Below, one piece after another: positions 55,082-60,893 of a stretch of 64,000 nt of DNA (positions are counted from its first letter, which is position 1; each line of letters starts with the position of its first letter). Source of the stretch: a virus. The stretch spans positions 481 to 64,480 of the IMG/VR virus record IMGVR_UViG_3300001848_000349; one strand, 5' to 3'. The position numbers and the translations under genes are program-made. The notes under the pieces are model-generated. The model was not told the DNA's origin, made no database searches, and saw only the letters and a program-made list of their open reading frames with translations.

Positions 55082-55225
55082 TCAACGTCCCTGACCACGA
55101 TAACGCTTCTTGGCGCCATTACGTGACGAAGCAGCGTACTTTGTATGCTTCCCCATACCCTGACGAGTTTTCTTGGGTTTGGACTCAATAACAATCTTAT
55201 TAGTCAATGAAGGGCGTTTTGCCAT
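55082..55225 (-). CDS. Small, very basic protein (47 aa), not in the ORF track
   Basis: MAKRPSLTNKIVIESKPKKTRQGMGKHTKYAASSRNGAKKRYRGQGR; GAGG RBS. Confidence 0.75.
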   Translation of the reverse strand: MAKRPSLTNKIVIESKPKKTRQGMGKHTKYAASSRNGAKKRYRGQGR

Positions 55226-55258
55226 AGTTTACCTCGTTAATACTTTCAAATTATACCA

Positions 55259-55654
55259 TTATTTGCCCTTACTGGCAAATATTACGTTAGGAAACTGAAA
55301 GGGTGCTACGAACAACCTTTTAGTACCTGGGAATGATGTGAGCTCTGTAGCATCACCTTGTACAGCAGGTAAAAACTTATTGATGAATACACTAGTATTA
55401 ACAGTAGTAAGTACTTTCCTTGCTGCTGTGGGCGTTAGACATGGAATTAAAGTACCTGGAGCAGCTGGATTGGGAATCCATGGTTGTCCTTCTACAGTAT
55501 CTGGTGGTATAGCAGCATGTACAAATTGTACTTTTTGCTTGTTGATATACACGTTGGGCGATGTAAAAGGACTTGTTATAGCTTTTGCTGGAAACTCACA
55601 AGGTCCATTGAATGATGTTGTATCTATTGTTTTTGGTCCTATAAGGAGCGGCAT
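55259..55654 (-). CDS. PAAR-like / gp5.4-like spike-tip protein (131 aa)
   Basis: Repeated SPNVYIN / TSVFIN..PAVQGD pattern, two Cys, Pro-rich; located just upstream of gp25. Confidence 0.6.
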   Translation of the reverse strand: MPLLIGPKTIDTTSFNGPCEFPAKAITSPFTSPNVYINKQKVQFVHAAIPPDTVEGQPWIPNPAAPGTLIPCLTPTAARKVLTTVNTSVFINKFLPAVQGDATELTSFPGTKRLFVAPFQFPNVIFASKGK

Positions 55655-55842
55655 TTGTCTTCTACCTCTTTTAAACGTTTATCGATCTCATTTAAATATT
55701 CAACAATATTCATATAGTCTTCACGTTCAGGGGGTTTGTACATCATTTTGAATGGTACAGGAATTTGGTCTAATTTTTGTTTGAGACTATTGACCAATCT
55801 CGTTAAGGAATTCAGGCGTTCCTCCATTTCGTGGTTCCACAT
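55639..55842 (-). CDS. Hypothetical coiled-coil protein (67 aa)
   Basis: ORF track; overlaps neighbours in an operon-like arrangement. Confidence 0.65.
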   Translation of the reverse strand: MWNHEMEERLNSLTRLVNSLKQKLDQIPVPFKMMYKPPEREDYMNIVEYLNEIDKRLKEVEDKCRSL

Positions 55843-56029
55843 TTGTTACATTCTCCTTTTTAATGAGTCCTTCATCGTAGATGCTTTCTACATCGACTTG
55901 AGGGGCTTTCAACCCCTGGTAATATTCATTGGCAATAGACTCCATGGAATCGGCAAATTCGTTGAAGTTATCAAAGAATTGCTCTCTTAGCGTTCCATCG
56001 GAAGTTTTAAAAGTAACTTTCTGTTTCAT
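55787..56029 (-). CDS. Hypothetical protein (80 aa), first gene of the late block
   Basis: ORF track; ATAAATA upstream. Confidence 0.65.
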   Translation of the reverse strand: MKQKVTFKTSDGTLREQFFDNFNEFADSMESIANEYYQGLKAPQVDVESIYDEGLIKKENVTNVEPRNGGTPEFLNEIGQ

Positions 56030-56087
56030 GGCGACTTTTTGAGAAATTTTTTATGGCGAAAATTTTTTGGATTAGGGATCCTATCGT

Positions 56088-56094
56088 TATTTAT
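56088..56094 (-). promoter_or_regulatory. Late promoter ATAAATA at the early/late boundary
   Basis: tatttat at 56088-56094. Confidence 0.6.
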
Positions 56095-56166
56095 TTCGGT
56101 CGCTTGGATACTTTTGTAGGTTAGAGAGGGTCAAATATGGGACCCGCTCGGCGCGCCGCCCTTAAG

Positions 56167-56192
56167 GGGGGCAACGGCGAACCACTGCCCCC
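56167..56192 (-). terminator. 11-bp GC-rich hairpin with a UUCG loop closing the early cassette array
   Basis: GGGGGCAGTGG-TTCG-CCGTTGCCCCC; only a weak U-tract follows. Confidence 0.65.
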
Positions 56193-56209
56193 TGGCGGAT
56201 GTGCTAGGA

Positions 56210-56410
56210 TCAACCGTTGCCCATCACGACAGCGTAGGCGGAGGGCGAAGCGATTGCCTCACGATCTCGCCACTGCTGACTGCCACGCTTAGTCTTGAAC
56301 CCTACCCGCTGGCAGATCAACTCACCCTTACGGGGGCGACGGGGGCGAACCGTCTTGAATGAGAACCCAGCGGCGGCGAGTTGGGCAGGGGTGGCGGTGG
56401 CGAAGTTCAT
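56210..56410 (-). CDS. Small basic early protein (66 aa)
   Basis: MNFATATPAQLAAAGFSFKTVRPRRPRKGELICQ...; the ATG at 56410 avoids overlap with the 53-aa gene. Confidence 0.65.
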   Translation of the reverse strand: MNFATATPAQLAAAGFSFKTVRPRRPRKGELICQRVGFKTKRGSQQWRDREAIASPSAYAVVMGNG

Positions 56411-56453
56411 CTGGTCTGTGTGTGTAGGGGTAGTGTAGCAGATGGGGGGCAGA

Positions 56454-56615
56454 TCACCAACGCTGGCGATCGTAGCGGGCGTCGCCCCATCCATCACGTT
56501 CCCAGCGGCGGGCGTCGTAGTCGTCGGCGGTCATCAGGTCGTCGTGCTCGGCGTCTTCATAGAATCGATCGGACTTGCCGAAGGACTCACCGTAAGCGAA
56601 GGACGTGGTTGCCAT
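56454..56615 (-). CDS. Small early protein (53 aa), not in the ORF track
   Basis: MATTSFAYGESFGKSDRFYEDAEHDDLMTADDYDARRWERDGWGDARYDRQRW; directly after a repeat promoter. Confidence 0.7.
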   Translation of the reverse strand: MATTSFAYGESFGKSDRFYEDAEHDDLMTADDYDARRWERDGWGDARYDRQRW

Positions 56616-56655
56616 GGTTGGTTGGTTTCGTTTGAACTGAGGTTAGTCTACAGGG

Positions 56656-56829
56656 TCAGGGCATCTGGCAACTGCCAGGGAGGACACTATTGTAGGTGGC
56701 ACAGCGGGCAGCGGTCTGCTGGTTGACATGCTGTACGGTCTCGGATGCGAACCCGATCGCTGCCGATCCTACAGCAGCGATGGGGGCATAGAAGGCGGCG
56801 CCGAGAATGAGAAGGGCGAGGGTCTTCAT
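56656..56829 (-). CDS. Small early protein with an N-terminal hydrophobic helix (57 aa), not in the ORF track
   Basis: MKTLALLILGAAFYAPIAAVGSAAIGFASETVQHVNQQTAARCATYNSVLPGSCQMP. Confidence 0.7.
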   Translation of the reverse strand: MKTLALLILGAAFYAPIAAVGSAAIGFASETVQHVNQQTAARCATYNSVLPGSCQMP

Positions 56830-56873
56830 GGGGTCGTTTGAACTGAGGTTAGTCTACAGGGTGGGGTGAGCGA

Positions 56874-57032
56874 TCAACGCTCGAACTGTGCCAGACTGCT
56901 AGGTGCCACATGGGCGGGAGAACCACAGGAGAGGTAGAAGGCGACCATGCGTTCTGCCTCGTCAAGGGTCTTGAACCACTGGGAGTGCCAGTCGTTGCTG
57001 TAGGGGCGTTGGTAGCGAACTTCGATTCTCAT
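56874..57032 (-). CDS. Small early protein (52 aa), not in the ORF track
   Basis: MRIEVRYQRPYSNDWHSQWFKTLDEAERMVAFYLSCGSPAHVAPSSLAQFER. Confidence 0.75.
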   Translation of the reverse strand: MRIEVRYQRPYSNDWHSQWFKTLDEAERMVAFYLSCGSPAHVAPSSLAQFER

Positions 57033-57077
57033 GGGGTTGGTTGGTTGATGCTGTTAGTCTACAGGGTCAGGATGGGG

Positions 57078-57302
57078 TCAGCGTGCCAGCAGGTGACGGT
57101 TAGCGAATTGTCCCAGGGAGGCACCTGGCATCATCAGGCGGAGCATGTCACGACGGCGGCAATCATGGGCGCTGATGCTGCCGCTGTGCCATTGTACGAT
57201 AGCACGACGGGTCAAGGGCGACAGGATGATCCGTTGGCAAGCGGTGCTGCCACGTTCAACGTTGATGAACACGGGCAGGCGATCGATGGCGAAGTTGATC
57301 AT
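57078..57302 (-). CDS. Small early protein (74 aa)
   Basis: ORF track; ATG directly after a repeat leader. Confidence 0.7.
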   Translation of the reverse strand: MINFAIDRLPVFINVERGSTACQRIILSPLTRRAIVQWHSGSISAHDCRRRDMLRLMMPGASLGQFANRHLLAR

Positions 57303-57382
57303 GGTTGGGTTTGAACTGAGGTTAGTCTACAGGGTCAGGATGGGAGGAAGGGGGGCAGCGTGTGCCACCCCCTCAACTGGCA

Positions 57383-57808
57383 TCAGCAGTCTCGAAAGAT
57401 TGCCACCTCACGGTAGGACTTCTCACAAGCGGTGAAATCGTAGCGGAGGGTGCTATCGTAGGTTGCTTGCCAATCTACAACCAAAGCGACGGGCACATCG
57501 TACAGATCGCTGTAGAATTGCTCAGCGAAGTCTGCCTCGGATTCGTACCAACCAACGAAGCGATCATCACACCCTTCGATGTTATCAATGCCATCCTCAG
57601 CAGCGAGGGCATCAACAGCATCGTATCCGATCACTTCACCACAACGAACGTACTCTTCGTAGTTATCAACGAACATACGCTCGTTGTAGTTATCGATGAA
57701 CTCCAGAATGTCATCGATAGCGTAGTTGTCATCGATCAACTCTTCGATTTTCTCAACAGTGCTAGCGGCGAGCACTTCTTTGTAGTTAGCGGTCAAGGTG
57801 ACGGTCAT
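57383..57808 (-). CDS. ardA: ArdA-like anti-restriction (DNA-mimic) protein (141 aa)
   Basis: 35 D/E versus 9 K/R; C-terminal DRFVGWYESEADFAEQFY..LYDVP..LVVDWQATY..L.YDF matches my recollection of the ArdA Y.G.Y.SEEDFA.E...IP..L..YIDWE pattern; own TTGACT-17-TATTGT promoter. Confidence 0.7.
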   Translation of the reverse strand: MTVTLTANYKEVLAASTVEKIEELIDDNYAIDDILEFIDNYNERMFVDNYEEYVRCGEVIGYDAVDALAAEDGIDNIEGCDDRFVGWYESEADFAEQFYSDLYDVPVALVVDWQATYDSTLRYDFTACEKSYREVAIFRDC

Positions 57809-57829
57809 TGGTTTGTTTGAACTGAAGGA

Positions 57830-57858
57830 ACAATAGAACGGATGGAGGGGAGAGTCAA
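57830..57858 (-). promoter_or_regulatory. Sigma70-type promoter TTGACT-17-TATTGT for the ardA-like gene
   Basis: agtcaa at 57853-57858 and acaata at 57830-57835. Confidence 0.75.
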
Positions 57859-57883
57859 GGGGGTGGGGACACCCCCTCAGGTG

Positions 57884-58045
57884 TCACATGCCGTTGGTGT
57901 ACTCCCCGATGATCATGCCATTCTGGCGGACCTGAGCGTATCCGAACTCTTCGGACAGGTCCAGGCACAGATCCCATGCCCGATCCTCATCACAGGTGGT
58001 GTTCTCCCAGGGAGCGGAGGGGCAGATCACGTCGTAGCGGTTCAT
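57884..58045 (-). CDS. Small acidic early protein (53 aa)
   Basis: MNRYDVICPSAPWENTTCDEDRAWDLCLDLSEEFGYAQVRQNGMIIGEYTNGM; ATG lies downstream of the promoter at 58071-58128. Confidence 0.7.
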   Translation of the reverse strand: MNRYDVICPSAPWENTTCDEDRAWDLCLDLSEEFGYAQVRQNGMIIGEYTNGM

Positions 58046-58218
58046 TCGTTGTTTGGTTGACTGTCCCCATAGTATGGCAGCAGATCGGGGGCAATGGTCG
58101 GTTTGGTGGGCACTGTGAGAAGTGGCACAGCCCCCATAGCAAAGCGCCCCCAAGGCGACTAACCTAGAGGGCGGGAGGGGAGGGAAGGGGCAGCGACGCG
58201 GCCGCCCAGTTTGTATAA

Positions 58219-58401
58219 CTAACTCAACAGATCGGGATAGTAAGATTCAACCTCAGAAATCAGTTCCTCATCAGTATAGCTGGTGAGATTTTCTTCCATC
58301 TGGTCACCAACAATACGGAGCAGATCTTTGGTGCTCATGTTATCAAGCAAACGGTCGATGTATGCTTCAACGAGTGCTTGACGATCGAAAGTGTTGTTCA
58401 T
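58219..58401 (-). CDS. Small acidic hypothetical protein (60 aa)
   Basis: ORF track. Confidence 0.7.
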   Translation of the reverse strand: MNNTFDRQALVEAYIDRLLDNMSTKDLLRIVGDQMEENLTSYTDEELISEVESYYPDLLS

Positions 58402-58409
58402 GGTTTGTA

Positions 58410-58577
58410 TCAGTTGGAGGGGAAGTTACGGCAGACAGCATCACACAGGACACGAACTAAGTCATCGAATTGTTCCTGTGAGTTGGGGAAATGTTCACAA
58501 AAGAACTCATCACAGATGGCATCAATGTCCTCCATCAGTTGTTCCCTGGCAGTCAACATCTCAAGTTTGGTGTTCAT
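58410..58577 (-). CDS. Small acidic hypothetical protein (55 aa), not in the ORF track
   Basis: MNTKLEMLTAREQLMEDIDAICDEFFCEHFPNSQEQFDDLVRVLCDAVCRNFPSN; ATGA-coupled to the upstream gene. Confidence 0.7.
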   Translation of the reverse strand: MNTKLEMLTAREQLMEDIDAICDEFFCEHFPNSQEQFDDLVRVLCDAVCRNFPSN

Positions 58578-58702
58578 TTCCGAAGGGGAGAATTGTAGTA
58601 GCGAGTGAAAGCAGTTACAATGATAATGGCGGTTGAGATAACACCAACCAAACCAAGAAAGGTAACAGCGTCACCAGTGAAAGTGTAAGTGTCAGGTGTC
58701 AT
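58574..58702 (-). CDS. Single-pass membrane peptide (42 aa), not in the ORF track
   Basis: MTPDTYTFTGDAVTFLGLVGVISTAIIIVTAFTRYYNSPLRK; ATGA overlaps at both ends. Confidence 0.7.
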   Translation of the reverse strand: MTPDTYTFTGDAVTFLGLVGVISTAIIIVTAFTRYYNSPLRK

Positions 58703-58836
58703 TTTTTGTTTTGGTTACGATAACGATAAGAGGCAGAAGGATCAGGGTCATACATACCCCCACCCATCCGATCTTCAAGATAAAACATGATGCCAAAGGT
58801 GGAGAGAATCACTCCCCCAAGAATAGCAGTGATCAT
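58699..58836 (-). CDS. Small membrane-anchored peptide (45 aa), not in the ORF track
   Basis: MITAILGGVILSTFGIMFYLEDRMGGGMYDPDPSASYRYRNQNKK; ATGA overlaps. Confidence 0.6.
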   Translation of the reverse strand: MITAILGGVILSTFGIMFYLEDRMGGGMYDPDPSASYRYRNQNKK

Positions 58837-58949
58837 TGATCTTCCTCAGGTTGGTTGAGTTCCATGTCGTGCCAGCATTCTGCTAACGGATGCCCCCAAT
58901 CTTCGATGTCAAAGATCTCACCAGGCATGTCTTGAATCTCTTCCCACAT
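58833..58949 (-). CDS. Small acidic peptide (38 aa), not in the ORF track
   Basis: MWEEIQDMPGEIFDIEDWGHPLAECWHDMELNQPEEDQ; first gene after the promoter at 58975-59032. Confidence 0.65.
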   Translation of the reverse strand: MWEEIQDMPGEIFDIEDWGHPLAECWHDMELNQPEEDQ

Positions 58950-59039
58950 AATGTGTTTTTGTGTTGACTCTGTTAGTATGGCAGCAACAGGTGCCCAGTG
59001 GTTGAAATAGTGGACACCTGTTGAACTGGCACACTGATA

Positions 59040-59216
59040 TCAGAATTCGATCGGATTCAGTGTAGGTTGAGCAGACTTCATTTGTTCATACATTTCAGTC
59101 ATCAGTTGCATATGCTGATCGACAGGATTTGTATCACTGAAACCATCAAGAACTGCTAGCAGTTCGTTACCATTGGTGGCACGATTGAGCAGCGAAAGCA
59201 TAACAGATTTGGTCAT
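59040..59216 (-). CDS. Hypothetical protein (about 58 aa)
   Basis: ORF track frame; likely start MTKSVMLSLL. Confidence 0.65.
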   Translation of the reverse strand: MTKSVMLSLLNRATNGNELLAVLDGFSDTNPVDQHMQLMTEMYEQMKSAQPTLNPIEF

Positions 59217-59243
59217 AGTTAGATAGAACAAAGGAACAAAGAA

Positions 59244-59363
59244 TCAGTCTTGAATAGTATAGTCTAAGTCGTAACTATAGACTATACTATTATCTTCAAT
59301 CTCTATATCTTCATATAGATCTTGATCTATAATCTCTTCTAATACATACTCTTCAAAAGTCAT
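59244..59363 (-). CDS. Extremely acidic peptide (39 aa), not in the ORF track
   Basis: MTFEEYVLEEIIDQDLYEDIEIEDNSIVYSYDLDYTIQD; 14 D/E, no K/R. Confidence 0.5.
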   Translation of the reverse strand: MTFEEYVLEEIIDQDLYEDIEIEDNSIVYSYDLDYTIQD

Positions 59364-59408
59364 AGTTTGTAAAAAGTAAAGATTAACAAATAATATTTAA
59401 TTTTTAGT

Positions 59409-59484
59409 TTTTAAGATTTTGATAAATCTTAAAATATAAGAAAATCCCACTTTGTTGAAATTTGTATATTCAACAAAAGTGGGA
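59409..59484 (-). terminator. Two adjacent stem-loops; the larger one is terminator-like
   Basis: TCCCACTTTGTTGAA/TTCAACAAAAGTGGGA (59445-59484) followed by TTTT on the minus strand; 11-bp TTTTAAGATTT/AAATCTTAAAA (59409-59434). Confidence 0.65.
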
Positions 59485-59511
59485 ATGTAAGGCATCGTGT
59501 ATGCTGCCAAT

Positions 59512-59838
59512 TCAAGCAAGTCTCATAGAAGAACGGAAAGGCACAGTCTGAAGACCACTAGGGGTGTTTAAAGTGATAAACCATTCCCATTTCTTCTGGA
59601 AGATATGCTCACCAGGAGCACCATGCTCACGAAGAATAGCATTGAGACGAGATTTGGTGGTGTTGGATTGCCAACCACCATCAAACAGTTTCAACCAAGT
59701 GTCACCAACCTCAGCAATCAAATTGCCATGAAGGCGAACTTGAGACACTCCACCAATATTGGTGACAGAAGTGTTAGTCAAACTCCAATCTTTGCTGTCA
59801 CGAATGGCAGCATTCATCAGACGTTCGATTTTTCTCAT
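59512..59838 (-). CDS. Phage hypothetical protein (108 aa)
   Basis: ORF track; LHGNLIA...DGGWQSNTTKSRLNAIL motif, which I recall as common in phages. Confidence 0.8.
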   Translation of the reverse strand: MRKIERLMNAAIRDSKDWSLTNTSVTNIGGVSQVRLHGNLIAEVGDTWLKLFDGGWQSNTTKSRLNAILREHGAPGEHIFQKKWEWFITLNTPSGLQTVPFRSSMRLA

Positions 59839-59864
59839 GGGGTGAATCCCTCAGGAACAAATGT

Positions 59865-59893
59865 AGTATGGCAGGAATGGGGGGCATTGTCAA
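59865..59893 (-). promoter_or_regulatory. Sigma70-type promoter TTGACA-17-(TGC)CATACT
   Basis: tgtcaa at 59888-59893 and agtatg at 59865-59870. Confidence 0.8.
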
Positions 59894-59918
59894 CCCCCTG
59901 ATTGATTAGTGTTACTTA

Positions 59919-60086
59919 TCAGACATCGTAGCACAGATAAGTTTTCATTTCATCTGTATACATGTCACGTTCGTTATCAGTCAGCCAGGACAATCCTGCC
60001 ATCATGTTAAAAAAATCAACTTGCCAATTGTTCAGGGTCATGATATCATCGTGGTTACGAATGATATCACTGTTGAAGTAATTCAT
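59919..60086 (-). CDS. Small hypothetical protein (55 aa), not in the ORF track
   Basis: MNYFNSDIIRNHDDIMTLNNWQVDFFNMMAGLSWLTDNERDMYTDEMKTYLCYDV; follows the promoter at 60112-60169. Confidence 0.6.
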   Translation of the reverse strand: MNYFNSDIIRNHDDIMTLNNWQVDFFNMMAGLSWLTDNERDMYTDEMKTYLCYDV

Positions 60087-60182
60087 TGAATGAATTCCTG
60101 ACGACTCATGTACAATACCATCACCAGACCACTCTACAAGGTCTTCTATGCCACTTTAAATACTGTCACAGGGTCTTACCAT

Positions 60183-60347
60183 TCAGTAGTCGATATACGT
60201 ATCATCCTGGTCCTTAAACTTTGCTTGACGTTTACTACGTGCTGAGTAACGTTTAGCATTTTGTACTTCATAACCATAATCTTCATAATCATCTTCAAAG
60301 TTCACTTCTTTGAAGGATTCGGTATACTTTTTGTTGATTTTAGACAT
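60183..60347 (-). CDS. Small charged hypothetical protein (54 aa), not in the ORF track
   Basis: MSKINKKYTESFKEVNFEDDYEDYGYEVQNAKRYSARSKRQAKFKDQDDTYIDY. Confidence 0.65.
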   Translation of the reverse strand: MSKINKKYTESFKEVNFEDDYEDYGYEVQNAKRYSARSKRQAKFKDQDDTYIDY

Positions 60348-60379
60348 TTTTGAAAGAAATCAGTAACAATTGTGAAGAA

Positions 60380-60643
60380 TTATTGAACATTCGTATTTAT
60401 TTGTTGAATATTCTCACTTTTAATTGAAGAAGTGATGAATTTACCAACACTTTCACTGTTTTTGATAGTATTTTGAAGGTTTTCTTCGAAATTCTTATCA
60501 ATTATAGTGTAATTATATTCTTTATCACTAGAATTGAAGACTACAGTACAAATGTCTTCAGTAATACTCACTGATTTAATAGCTGTACTATTTAAATCTT
60601 GATATACTACAGTTTGAGATTCTTTGACAATCATTGAAATCAT
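60380..60643 (-). CDS. KTSC-like domain protein (87 aa)
   Basis: NSTAIKSVS...TVVFNS...YNY...SESVGKFI resembles the KTSC SSAI.SVGY...L.V.F...Y.Y...S.G.Y/F pattern. Confidence 0.5.
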   Translation of the reverse strand: MISMIVKESQTVVYQDLNSTAIKSVSITEDICTVVFNSSDKEYNYTIIDKNFEENLQNTIKNSESVGKFITSSIKSENIQQINTNVQ

Positions 60644-60787
60644 TAAAATTTAAAAATTGAGTTTTTTGAATTTCTTAAAAAACTTAAAAAGTGAGTTTTT
60701 TAAGATTTTGAGATTCTGTGGAAAACTATTTTTCCACAAGTCTTGAAAACCTGTGGAAAACTCGAAATCCCTCAACCTCATGAACAT

Positions 60788-60816
60788 AGTATAGGGCATT
60801 TGGAGGGGTCTGTCAA
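60788..60816 (-). promoter_or_regulatory. Consensus sigma70 promoter TTGACA-17-TATACT (leftward)
   Basis: tgtcaa at 60811-60816 and agtata at 60788-60793. Confidence 0.85.
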
Positions 60817-60864
60817 GTGCCTGAGAGGTCCTCTGTGCCACTTTGAGAGGTGTCACAATACCCC

Positions 60865-60893
60865 TTGACATTCGTTCGCTGACGTGCTAAGAC
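60865..60893 (+). promoter_or_regulatory. Rightward promoter TTGACA-17-(TGC)TAAGAC firing into non-coding DNA
   Basis: -35 at 60865-60870, extended -10 at 60885-60893; operator palindrome ends 31 nt before the -10. Confidence 0.65.

Larger units (their letters stand above)
56630..57339. repeat. Direct repeat GTTTGAACTGAGGTTAGTCTACAGGGT(CAGG), covering the -10 box and leader of successive early promoters
   Basis: Copies at 56630-56660, 56836-56862 and 57309-57339; partial copies at 57053-57071 and 57815-57825. Confidence 0.9.

Noticed and set aside
56888-56909. Early operator interpreted as a CRP site
   Set aside because: Half-site sequence and spacing (7-N8-7) do not fit TGTGA-N6-TCACA.
56630-57339. 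27-31-bp direct repeats read as a CRISPR array
   Set aside because: Spacings are about 200-270 bp and contain intact ORFs, the repeats hold a -10 box, and there are no cas genes.
58833-58949. Apparent frameshift in the 38-aa acidic ORF
   Set aside because: Re-reading the C5 run at 58893-58897 shows the frame is intact through to the ATGA overlap.
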